Assembly: GCA_009103225.1 (NCBI GenBank)
Contig: RHPI01001507.1
Span: 354,805-418,804 of the forward strand
DNA length: 64,000 nucleotides
From: Chlorokybus atmophyticus
Taxonomy: Eukaryota > Plantae > Mesostigma and Chlorokybus algae
Direction: 5' to 3'
This document shows positions 50,625 to 61,469 of this stretch, piece by piece; the stretch's first letter is position 1, and each line of letters begins with the position of its first letter. The translations under genes were made by a program, and so were the position numbers. The notes under the pieces were generated by a model, which was given only the letters and a program-made list of their open reading frames with translations, did no database searches and had not been told where the DNA came from.

Positions 50625-50769
50625 CGGTCGATGGTCTGCCTCCTCTACAGCGGCCTGGGGATGGAACTGCCCACGCCCACACCGTGCAAGACTGCTCCGA
50701 ATGCGACAACAGCTTCAACATGCATGAAATAAGCATACGCCCAACATAACATGCAGTGATACGTCGCGG

Positions 50770-51162
50770 TCCACTCTTGTGGATTACCTCCACAGCATCC
50801 GCCACCTGTCCACTAACCACATGTCCCGGTGTTGTCCATGTGAAGAAGCGCATGGGTTCCCCTCGCCACTCGAAGCATGAGCGCGAGCACGATTCGCACA
50901 CGCACTGCACGTAATGGAAAAACTCGGGTTCCTTGCACAGCACTTGGCCGAGGCGGCAGCCAAACACGTCGACATTGTGTGTGGTGTGATGCCAGCAAGC
51001 AGCACTAAAACCGTGGCACACTGTCTGCACTCGCTGGCATTCGGTCAAGTGTGCTCGCATTTGCTGCCTACGGCCATTGGCACATACGTACGCATTGCAT
51101 TGTGGGCACACCAAGCATGGTCTCCTAGGTGAGGGAGATTCAACTACTGCCGCCGACATCAT
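50770..51162 (-). CDS. Cys/His-rich zinc-finger-like exon upstream of the Tudor domain
   Basis: MMSAAVV..CLVCPQCNAYVC..MRAHLTEC and CVCESC within ORF 50587-51261; the splice link to Tudor is unresolved. Confidence 0.45.
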
Positions 51163-51299
51163 GAAAAATAGGACTCGGCACGGCTGCCCACAAACTGAGC
51201 GAGACTTTGAGGTATGGGCATCAATTGAGGGTTGCCAGCTTACGAACCCTAAATGGGCCAAACTTCAAGTGAAGCACGACTATACCTTATACGCTATTG

Positions 51300-51370
51300 C
51301 AGTACCATGCATGGTACTACATAAAAATGAATGGTACTCCATCTGTTAATGGTACTACAGTACAAGGATA
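51300..51370. promoter_or_regulatory. GTAC-motif cluster with perfect palindrome GTACCATGCATGGTAC (51302-51317)
   Basis: Five GTAC cores directly upstream of the minus-strand ZnF/Tudor/MTase unit. Confidence 0.55.
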
Positions 51371-51645
51371 CTCGCATACTACCATGATCGTAGAGTAATA
51401 CTGTGCTGTCATGCCATGGAACCCAGAGCGCTGTCCGAGTTTATTGCTGTCAACCACGCTCTAAACCAGCGAGGTATGCAAGCCATGCACTGACTCATGC
51501 GCCGGGCAGTCATCATACACATGTACAGCCAATGCTTCTGACAACAGCAGATCTCTGGTGCACCATGCACCATGCTGCAACTATACATGTACCTACATGG
51601 TTCACAAGAAGCCAACACAAAACTACAATGAATGCAAAATTGGCA

Positions 51646-52655
51646 TCAAGGCGGGGGCCAAATCACCGCCGACACGTTGGGGTCTTGCATCAGGCGTGGC
51701 GACCAAAACGGGTGAGGTTGCTTGCAGAATGGACACGCTTGTAGATTCTTTGATTTATTTGCCACAGTCTTCTGATGTGCTATGATGCAGACATGGCACA
51801 TCGCTTTCTTGCAACAGGGCGTCTCCCCATCCGCTGGGGGGGGGGGCTCTTCAATGCGACAAATCAGCACACATGGTGCACGCGGGTGTGCAAGCTGCCT
51901 CTGCCACCAAACTCTGTTATCGCGTCGCAGGCGTAGCGACTCCCATCTGAATGGCGCAGCATAACGCTCCACTGCCTGCTCGATCACCTGACGCCCATCT
52001 GCCGCCATACACCACCTGCTGGTCTTGGTGGTCTCGTCCAGCATGCGATCATCCAGGCCCTCGACATGGCTGTCGTTACTCGTGTACTCCCCCGCATCGT
52101 CATTTTCTTCGAGCTTCCACAGAATCAGCTCGACGTGCCGTATGACATACAGCCACTGCCAGCCAAAGCATGCCAAGTACACCTCGAATGGTTTACTTGC
52201 CACCCAGTATGTTTGCTCAGGTAGTGGCACACATCTCGACCCGCATTAGTCGACATCGACAGGTACATCTGCTGCAGCAGGTCGAAGTTCTGCTCCGCAT
52301 ATAGCTCTTGCACATTGCCGGGTTGCTGCGGCAGCAACAACACCATCATATCGAGGACGGCGAGGGGCAACATTGTACTACGGATGGCCATATCGTGTAT
52401 GGGTTCCAACCACGGCCAATCCCTAGAGGTCTGTTTAGATCGCATTCTCCGCGATTGCTCCCACTTATTGCAAACTGTCGTCACCCACCTCGAGGCATGC
52501 CGCATGCGGTAATGCAGCGCGTCTTGGGCGTACTGCAGGGTGATCAACTCCTTTGTACCACGAGTCAGCCCCCCCAAGCGTCTGCGCGTCGGTGCTTTGA
52601 GCTTGGGCAGCTCGTGCCGCACCGGCTGTTTCTCTGGACGATGCTGAGCAGCCAC
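51646..52655 (-). pseudogene. RING-finger protein (C-terminal RING-like domain), disrupted or spliced
   Basis: PCVLIC...TPCCKKAMCHVCI...ACPFCKQ in ORF 51646-52230; the N-terminal part lies in overlapping ORF 52125-52655. Confidence 0.6.
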
Positions 52656-52751
52656 TTGACGCTGTAAACCCGCCTGTGCCTACTCAAGACACACAGTCAG
52701 CCCCAGTGAGGCTTCAAGGCGCTGTGCTTCTTCTAATGTTGTAATGATGCC

Positions 52752-54233
52752 TCACCTTTCCCTTTTGGGTCCTGTCAGCGTCCTTTGTTCCAACAACCTT
52801 CTTCTTTTTTTTTTGTCACCCTGCACATCCTGGCAGGCGCTCTCCGTGGCACTGTCACTCAGAGGAGGTAAGGCGTTATCTTCTTGCTCCACAGCCTTGC
52901 GCTTGTTGGTTGCCTCCCGTTCCTCCACGACCTCATGTTGCTTCATGAGGTCGAGCATGAAGCCTTTGTCTTTCAGCGCAGCTTTCAGGATACCTCGATC
53001 AATCTCTTTACCAACAAGACAGGCTCGGATCAATGTGGCAAGCTTAGAGGGAGAGGGCGAGCTACAGCTGCTTCTTGATGGAGATGCCTCCAGATGGTCA
53101 GAGTGCGGTGGCACGTGAGTCTCCGCGGCAGGAAGAGAGGGTGCTGAATTGGGATTGCGAGCATGTGGCTGTGGTTGAGGGGAGGCAGGATGTGCAGAAT
53201 ACTTGGCTACTTCTTGCCTAGCACACGAAGGCGAGGCCTGAGGCGTTGGCGCAGCACTCTGGGTCACAGCCGGTGATAGCCGGGAATTGGCAACGCCATT
53301 CCGCCACTCTCCGATCATGTGTGTTACCTCCGGTGGCACTTCATGCATATGCCACGACCACTGTTCGGTGCTTGCAGGCTTGAGAAGCCAAAAGTGTGCT
53401 TCTGGCTCATCAGGAGCAGTGTTGCCCACCACCAGTACTGAGTTGGGAACTTCTTTATTTCCAACCCAAACTGCGCTGCCGGGCCGTGGCACCCACTCCC
53501 CATGCTCGCGCTGCACGGTCATGCAGCCAATCAACAAGCCCAGCTTGTTGGCAAACATGGTCATCTGCAGGTGCTCGACGTACACATCTTTTCTCCGCAC
53601 GATCTGTCGCACCTTGGCCATGGCTAGGTCAATGTTGCAGTTGATATCAGCCAACATGGTCGCAGGCAGTTTGTCGTAATACTGCGCCATCTCTCCCGCG
53701 GCACCAGTGGCTCTGCAGAAGGCTAGGATTCTGCTCGCCATGCCTGCATCGACAGCCTTGGTGGTGATTTTGCGGAGAGTGTGCCCCCTGCCGTCGTCGT
53801 CCATGGTGTCCAGCACGGCCCAAAATCTGCTCGAGCTGGGGCACTTGTGATCATCCAGGACACTTTGCGCTATGGATGGCCTGGCGCGAAATACACAATG
53901 GTAGAAGCAATTACCATCCGTTGGCGCATTGAAGTGGTCCCATGTGGCAAGTTGGCCACCTAGCATGACTGATGGCCGTATGCGGGTTGCGGCCAGCTCC
54001 TCTGATGACTCGCTGGCAGGTGGTGACCCCTGCTGCATGCGCATACAGCACTCACATAGTGTGTCCAACTGTGGACGGCAAGAGTCACAGTGACTGATAA
54101 AGTACCTAAGTTTGGGACAGACTGCCGGCTTCAACTTGCAGCGGGTGGGGTAAGGTAGGTGCGGAAGCCACATCGGTTGTTGCATTATGCTGTGGTCTCG
54201 CCGGTGGCGGCAAGAAGGATTGTTGCCCCGCAA
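52752..54233 (-). CDS. OTU-like cysteine protease (deubiquitinase family); upstream exons likely up to ~56116
   Basis: APTDGNCFYHCV (catalytic D-x-x-C motif) and EAHFWLL (catalytic H) in an open 493-aa frame; basic KKKRRR C-terminus. Confidence 0.8.
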   Translation of the reverse strand: MRGNNPSCRHRRDHSIMQQPMWLPHLPYPTRCKLKPAVCPKLRYFISHCDSCRPQLDTLCECCMRMQQGSPPASESSEELAATRIRPSVMLGGQLATWDHFNAPTDGNCFYHCVFRARPSIAQSVLDDHKCPSSSRFWAVLDTMDDDGRGHTLRKITTKAVDAGMASRILAFCRATGAAGEMAQYYDKLPATMLADINCNIDLAMAKVRQIVRRKDVYVEHLQMTMFANKLGLLIGCMTVQREHGEWVPRPGSAVWVGNKEVPNSVLVVGNTAPDEPEAHFWLLKPASTEQWSWHMHEVPPEVTHMIGEWRNGVANSRLSPAVTQSAAPTPQASPSCARQEVAKYSAHPASPQPQPHARNPNSAPSLPAAETHVPPHSDHLEASPSRSSCSSPSPSKLATLIRACLVGKEIDRGILKAALKDKGFMLDLMKQHEVVEEREATNKRKAVEQEDNALPPLSDSATESACQDVQGDKKKRRRLLEQRTLTGPKRER

Positions 54234-55099
54234 TCACCAGTGCTGCTCGTGGAGGAGATGGCAGTGCATGAAAGACTGGTGCCGCGGAAGGTGGTTGCGC
54301 TCTGGCTGCGAGGGGAGCATGAGCTGCAGGTGAGACCACTTGTGCATGCAGCAAGGGGGGCTGTATACAGGACCTAGGATAAGATGGCTCACGAATGTTG
54401 CAAAGGTCGAATATAAGCTTACGCAGTGCCTGACGCATTGTTACCAAGGCACGAGCATAAAAGACAGCGACTTACCTCAATGGCCCGTGGGCTGCATGGA
54501 GCAGGGGAAGCCATGGGGGCTGACAAGGTGGTATTGGCTGCACTCTCCCCGCCACCCTCGATGGCAGACTCGTCATGGAGCTCGTGAGCCATGGGCACAT
54601 CATGCGCCACTGCCCCAATGGCCATGTCGGGATTCAACAGGCCAACATGCATGTTAAACTGATGCCGCATTGCCGCCGCGCCCATCAGCAAGTGGGATTG
54701 AAGGACCAGTTGATGGGATTGAATCCAGGCTTGCATAGAAGCTCCAACAGGACCTGGTGCACTGTGGTGCTGTCAACCAATCACATGTGGGTTAGCTGCA
54801 TGCTTGCGACACTGCAATTGCAATAGTCAACTGCGTCACACCGTCATCAGTTCATTGCTTCAAACAGTCACCTGCGGCATTGCTGGTTGATGCACGAATG
54901 ATTGCATGGATTGCGTCATTGCTGGTTGATGCACTATTGGTTGCATGCCGGACGAATGGCCACGCGCTCCTGTGCTCAAACCCAACCTACTTCGTTCGGC
55001 ACGCGCGCGAGACTTCGCACGCTCACGCACATCCTAGCGTGCAAAGGTAGGCATGCATTGGAGGTGCATGCAGTCAACATGCACAGCGAGATTGCCATC

Positions 55100-55524
55100 T
55101 GTTGAAGGACTAGCATGCACATGTAGCTGAGGCAAGCATGGATGCACAGAGACAGAGCTACCGCCACCAGAGCATACACAGGTCACATCACATTCATCTA
55201 TTACAACTTGTCCGCTGGTTCTTATACCAGCCAGTTACACACACGTCTACGTTTGCAAGCACTGCGTAAGCTATACTCAGCCGTTTGACGCGCTCTAAGC
55301 TGTGTTGTCTTTCTTACAACCAGAGCTTTCCAACAAGCTCTTACACGCCTAATATGAGTAAGTATACGCGGAGATACCAAGCAGTTAGTAAGGCTCCAGT
55401 CTGGAGTCCGGAGTCTGGTCCAACGACGCCATCTTGCTAAGTCCGGACCTAGTGCTCGTCCTTACGACCTTCTACTCCTGTGTGGAGGGTCGATGCTGAT
55501 CGTATGTAGGAATGACTCTCAACA
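55100..55524. mobile_element. Solo LTR (425 bp, copia-like TGTTG...CAACA)
   Basis: TGTTGAAGG...CTCTCAACA flanked by 5-bp TSD CCATC (55095-55099, 55525-55529). Confidence 0.85.
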
Positions 55525-55651
55525 CCATCAACATACCGCCGCCCAGCTCTGTCTATCTGCTCTGGCTTCCGCAATGTCGGCTTGACTGTAGGGTGGGTAT
55601 GGGTGAATAGTGGAGGCCTGCAGCCACGCTACATATATCACATAGACTGCG

Positions 55652-56116
55652 CTAAAAAACAAATTGCTCTTGCAAGGAAATGCATGTGACTGTTGAGCGT
55701 ACCTCTGCATTCCTTTGTGCTTGTTCCCACAGCCGCAATTGGTCCCGCATGGTTTTGACAAGGGGCTCCAAGGACTGCAGCTCCAGATCCACTCCCTGTT
55801 GCAGAAAGCGAGCCACCAAGCAGCTCTCTGTGTGAAGATGGTCTTTAATGGCTTGCCTGCTGGTTTGTCCAATGTTGGTGATGCATGTTGGACAGCCCCA
55901 TTGCTGACGCCTGCCATGATCCATGACGTGGCGACCGGTAGTAGCTGGCTTCGCTGCTTGAACTCTTACGACCACAACTTCCCAAAATATGCCATGCCGC
56001 CGCCGCCGCCGACGCCGCCGCCGCCGACTCCTGGTCCTCCGCCTCCTAGTCGAACCCAGGCCCATCAAGCCTGACATTCGACCCGTCATCGACCTGGTGC
56101 CCCTGCATGCCATCAT
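55652..56116 (-). CDS. Arg-rich plus C2HC zinc-finger-like exon, possibly the first exon of the OTU gene
   Basis: GCPTCITNIGQTSRQAIKDHLHTESC, followed by a helical segment and a GT donor (NAE|GTACG). Confidence 0.45.
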   Translation of the reverse strand: MMACRGTRSMTGRMSGLMGLGSTRRRRTRSRRRRRRRRRRHGIFWEVVVVRVQAAKPATTGRHVMDHGRRQQWGCPTCITNIGQTSRQAIKDHLHTESCLVARFLQQGVDLELQSLEPLVKTMRDQLRLWEQAQRNAEVRSTVTCISLQEQFVF

Positions 56117-56184
56117 CCGGCCATCAATGAAGCGTGTTTGGGTGAGTGCATGCTAACTCCCATTTGGGCTGATCGAGCAATGCC

Positions 56185-56335
56185 TCTATCGTACCATGCA
56201 TGGTACGACAGTGCCGTACAATGGCTGGGTTGGACGAGAGATGCCTCTGTCGTACCATAAATGTTACGACACAACCATTGTTACCAATGGTTGTACGAAG
56301 CATGGATAGCACGAATGCATAAGTCGTACCATCAA
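56185..56335. promoter_or_regulatory. GTAC-motif cluster with perfect 20-bp palindrome TCGTACCATGCATGGTACGA (56189-56208)
   Basis: Six GTAC cores between two divergently oriented cargo genes. Confidence 0.55.
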
Positions 56336-56514
56336 CCATAGGAGCAAGGACGCACTACAAGTGCGACTCTAGTGCGGGACTCTCGACGTTCAGAATCGCC
56401 TCATTTTCGTTTTCGCGCCTCGTACATTCGGGCGGGCCAACCGGCGGCGGCAGCGTTGGAGGCGGCAGCGCCACTTACAGCTAAACAGGCGGCACCCGAC
56501 TATCAGTTGGAGAG

Positions 56515-58250
56515 ATGCCTCGTGGTCCATCCGTAAGTGCACCTCGTCGTGGAGGTCGGCGCCAGTTGTCCACATTGCCCCCGGTGTTCAACCAGGCAAC
56601 CGTCGCCAACCAATCGCAGCAAGACCCCGCGCTAACGCCCAGCACATCACAACAACTCCACCTGACACCGCGATCGCAAGGGCAAGCTAGACTGCATGCG
56701 TTCTTGATGCACTGTGCACGTTGCTTCTTGCTCAACTTCTAACTTGGATGCTTGCTTCTATCATGACTAGCACAGTGACTCACTGTATGTGTTCTGGATA
56801 CACTATGCACGTTGTTCTTCTTTTGCAACTGTGAGGGTTGCATCTTTCATGGCTGGCAGCATGACTCATGTGGTTGTGCTTGCAGAGGGTCGATTGGAAC
56901 CCCCAACCCAAACGCATTTGGCCGTGACATGGCAACATCGGCCGTCAGCAACCCTTCCCCAAGCAAGTGGAAGATTGGCAACGAGGTAAGCAATGTGTGA
57001 CACTGTGACACTGTGTGTATATGTGTAACGGATTGTTCTTCTGTGGACAGCATTTGCGAGATGCCGTCGTTGAAATTATAAACGGCCACTGAGTAGAGAG
57101 CCACATTTATCTCAAGGAGGACACTATTCGTAACGTCATGTGTCAGGTGCTGTGAATGCTTCATGACCGCACTGCACCGTGACACTGACCAACCTGCCCG
57201 TAACAGGTAGTTGGCTTCGACCATGACGACGAGGCCGATGCGGCCAAGTTCTATGAGGTGTACTGGACTCCCAAGGAGTGCCCCTTCCACTGGAGTGTCG
57301 CCCTGAAGAAAGCTACGCAGGTCCGGTCTGAGAACGTCACCAAGATCAAGCATGTCCTTGAGAAGGAGTACAAGTGGACACTGTTTAACAGCAACAAGCG
57401 CAAGTGAGTTGGGTCCCTCACCACCATGTCTGCTATGCAACACTGCCTTCTTACTCAGCCTCCATACACATGTACTCATCTCGCCTATTGTAACCGATGC
57501 AATCAGGCACATCGACGCCCTAATGGACCCCGAGACCCAAAAAGCCCAGATGCGCAACGCGCTCCAAAGTAAGTCACAGGCACTGTTCTAGCNGTTCTAG
57601 CCTGGTGCAGGCTCAACTTGAACTATCTATTTCGTAAGTAATGCCTTGTTAGTATGACTGTCGCAGACAAGTCATACCGACAAGGCATGGCGGAGATTTG
57701 AGGTGACCGACACTGCAGACCCGGAGCGGAGGAGATACATCCATGAATGGGGCAATCCCATAATCTGGCAAATGATCGTGCAATGCTGGTCTTATGCCGT
57801 CACTACACCTGGTCGCCGGCAGCTGACAGTCAACCACCTCGCATACCTGTTGCTTACGGTGAGCACTCTGAACTCCAGCATTAGCAATTCAGGAATGCTG
57901 TAGCCCAAAACTACAGGCTTGCAGACTCGTTGCAGTGAATAGTGGCTTTCAATGCCATTAAGACATGCATGTAAACTACGCAGGTGGAGCGCATCCTAAA
58001 GGGCAAGGATGGAGACCCTCTCTTAGCTGCCAGCATAGACACACATGAAGAGTACCTCAGCGAAATCAACACCATGATCATGTCAATGAAGCGGGAGATA
58101 TGGCAACGGTACGCAGCCCTCCAGCCATTCACCCTTGTGAAACACCGCACTGCATCTTGTGTCGAATACCTAAAAGATCCCAGTCGGCGCCGGCCGCAAG
58201 AGACAGCAGCTCGTGACCCGCTCGCTGAGGCAGAAGCGGCTTTTGATTGA
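56515..58250 (+). pseudogene. Multi-exon accessory protein of element 2 (unknown function), one in-frame TGA
   Basis: Exons HLRDAVVEIINGH*VESHIY.., GFDHDDEADAAKFYEVYWTPKECPFHW..NKRK|, ..RRYIHEWGNPIIWQMIVQCW..LTVNHLAYLLLT|, VERILKG..AEAAFD*. Confidence 0.55.
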
Positions 58251-58744
58251 CTGGCACAACCGTTTGAGGAGGAAGAGCAAGCTCCGGCGTCTCCTCCACA
58301 GGCCCCAGCGCGTGGTGCTTTGTTCTGTAATGACGAGCAAAGCGATGATGGAGAGGAGCTGTAGCGCAGTTGGTAGTCCGTTTAGCTGGTAGTGTACATA
58401 GCTACAAACCTCTTGTGACTGAGTGTTGTGCATCTTAAACCAGCTCAGTCAATCGTCATTATGCTCATGCACATCAATACTTGCATCCCTAGGATATACA
58501 ACAGAACTGCATTCGAGTCACATAATTGAACTACAAGCCTTGGCAAGTGACTGAGAGACACTGTACACATTTCAGGTACATGTACACAGCACAGGCACAT
58601 AATAATGCTGGAAGTCAGTGACAATCACGTGTAGTCAAGCTATGCAAATACATATGACGACAGTTAGGCATTAGTCACCTTCAGTTGGTAAAGAATGCCT
58701 TATTTTGTCGATAATTACCTAGTTGGTGCTTGTGAATTTGGCTT

Positions 58745-59062
58745 AGTCGCCTGCGCTGGATTGGTGTGTAACCTGCAGGTACGTGTCACATAGGCTGAGT
58801 CACCTAAGTATGACTGATGTGTAACTTACAGGTGCCCGTTGATTAGTTGTAGTCACCTAATAAGGCCTGATGTGTAGCTAACAGTTGCCTGTAAATTACA
58901 CAAAGTCATTTGTTAAGGCCTGCTGTGTGACTAACAGGTGCCTGTTAATTATATAAAGTCACCTGTTAAGGCCTGATGTGTAACTAATAGGCGCCTGTTA
59001 GTTAGGCATAGTCAACTGTTAAAGACTAAATTGTAACAAAAAGGGCCTTACAGTAACGGAAG
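58745..59062. repeat. 53-bp subterminal tandem array (about 6 units)
   Basis: AGTC(A/G)-initiated units at 58745, 58798, 58851, 58904, 58957 and 59010; consensus AGTCACCTGTTAAGGCCTGATGTGTAACTAACAGGTGCCTGT. Confidence 0.9.
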
Positions 59063-60669
59063 TTACTATTAGGTCCCTGTATCAAGATTACAGGTGGCCT
59101 GAGCCACGACAGTCTAAATTAGTGTCCTCAGGTGCACGGCCGTTGCCAATTTTTAGTCGGCAGGCAGGGAAAACATATTGCGACGTCTGTTCGCATACGC
59201 GTGCACACAATATGCATGATAGGCAATGGTGCTGGACCTGCTTGTGCAAATGAAAGGTGTTCAAGTTACTGTGCACATGTGGGCATCAAACAAGTGTGCA
59301 TCCGCAAGTGATGATGAACAAAAACAGCACTTGCTACCTATATGTGCGACCACTCCGGTCTAATCTACATTGTACCACATTAGTAGTGGCACTTACTTTG
59401 TTGTAACTATCAACCCTGTTTCAAGACAGCGCCAACCTGAACAACAACCTATTCATTTACTATCGTTCGGGCCATACCACTCTTGCTTAAGAGTGCGTGG
59501 CAAGAAAACCTTCTCTGACATGTAACGCCGTTATGGCATGTGACGGATGTTGTGTACGCTCTCGTCACATATGTGCCATGCGCCCAATGACAACGAAAGC
59601 ATCAGTAGATTTCGCCAACGGTGGCGATCGGGCTGCGGCAAAACAGCTCGAAATTGGTCTAGATCTAGTCGCGCCTAAGGTCATTACGGCCCCCACCTTA
59701 ATACAACACCCCGCTCGAAATATAAGAGCGGGGGGGGGCGGGGGCGGTNNNNNNNNNNNNNNNNNNNNNNNNNNNNNNNNNNNNNNNNNNNNNNNNNNNN
59801 NNNNNNNNNNNNNNNNNNNNNNNNNNNNNNNNNNNNNNNNNNNNNNNNNNNNNNNNNNNNNNNNNNNNNNNNNNNNNNNNNNNNNNNNNNNNNNNNNNNN
59901 NNNNNNNNNNNNNNNNNNNNNNNNNNNNNNNNNNNNNNNNNNNNNNNNNNNNNNNNNNNNNNNNNNNNNNNNNNNNNNNNNNNNNNNNNNNNNNNNNNNN
60001 NNNNNNNNNNNNNNNNNNNNNNNNNNNNNNNNNNNNNNNNNNNNNNNNNNNNNNNNNNNNNNNNNNNNNNNNNNNNNNNNNNNNNNNNNNNNNNNNNNNN
60101 NNNNNNNNNNNNNNNNNNNNNNNNNNNNNNNNNNNNNNNNNNNNNNNNNNNNNNNNNNNNNNNNNNNNNNNNNNNNNNNNNNNNNNNNNNNNNNNNNNNN
60201 NNNNNNNNNNNNNNNNNNNNNNNNNNNGGGGGGGTAACAGTCACTGCAAGCGCCAATCTTAGCAATTGGATGGCTTCTCCTCGCGCCGCGCGGCCCGGAT
60301 ATGCAACTTGACGCCTGCAGTTCGAACGCTTCTCGTGAGTCCGCGCATTGGCGCGTAATGTAGTCGCTTGACGCGTGTGACACTTGATGTGATGGCGGCT
60401 TCTTTTGGCGGCTATCTTGACGCCATATTGACGCCAACAGGAAACTCAGACGCGATCACTCCAGACCTCGCTTAGTAATTTTCTGGCGTCGCATTCGGCG
60501 CGTCGCCTGTTACAAGCGCATGTAGGCCGTTGCATGGATCTAACTGCTTTCATGCAACAAACAAATGACACGCGTGACTCGTCACCTAACATGCGTAACT
60601 TTTTATTTTCGGCGGCCCCTTTGGCGACCATGTTAAGCATGTTAAATAATGTTTAAACGATAAAGATAT

Positions 60670-61030
60670 ACGCATTTCATGTACACATATATATATGTAT
60701 ATATGTGAATGTATATGTTTTTAAACATATATCATATTTAAGTATCATATGATAACACATCAACATTTACATACATATGTATATATAGATGTATATGCAT
60801 ACAAATCGTACCTCTGTACAAATGTATACGTGAACATAATTATTTATATATATATACTTACATATATACATATATTTATATAAATACATGTATGTACACT
60901 AAGGTAATGTATATTGCGTATACAATTCACATATATTAATATCGCAATATATACTCTATGCGTGTTATTGCATGTAAACATGTATTCACATGACTCGCAT
61001 AAATGCATATGTATTTATATTAGAAATGCT
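60670..61030. repeat. AT-rich degenerate (TA)/(CATATA) low-complexity tract
   Basis: Dense TATATA/ATACAT runs. Confidence 0.85.
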
Positions 61031-61469
61031 TTATAAAAATGTCAAACTCTGCGGATGCGCTTTGGATGGCTCGGATGTACTTCGCGCGGTTCATTTTTGT
61101 ATTGTCGCCGTCCAGCTAATCAGAAGCACCGGTTTGTGCTCGACTTGATACACGGTCAACAAACCGCCGATCGTGCAAAACACACACGCGCTTGCAGTGA
61201 CCATCACTTCTGGTTAGATGCGGTACGTACCTTAGCAAGCTTTACTCATAGTAGCACGATACCGATACAAGACCTGATACGTTTGGGGTTAGGTACGGGT
61301 ATTAATACGGCATAAAAATTTAGCAATACGGCTGATACGCCCATTAAACAGTACATGTTATGCAATGTGCATATCATATGCATATCATCTTGCAGCCAAT
61401 GTAGCAACAACAACTTAACATGTGAACATCAACACAATTCATATCACACAATGTCTGATACACAACACT

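Larger units (their letters stand above)
43691..59185. mobile_element. Large cargo-bearing Plavaka/CMC-type DNA transposon (element 2); left end firm, right end tentative
   Basis: Left TIR CGTCGCAAATTTTACACGG matches 941-1008 inverted. The candidate right end ...GCAGGCAGGGAAAACATATTGCGACG has only an 8-bp terminal match and is preceded by a 53-bp array. No TSD found; a 642-nt gap lies inside. Confidence 0.6.
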
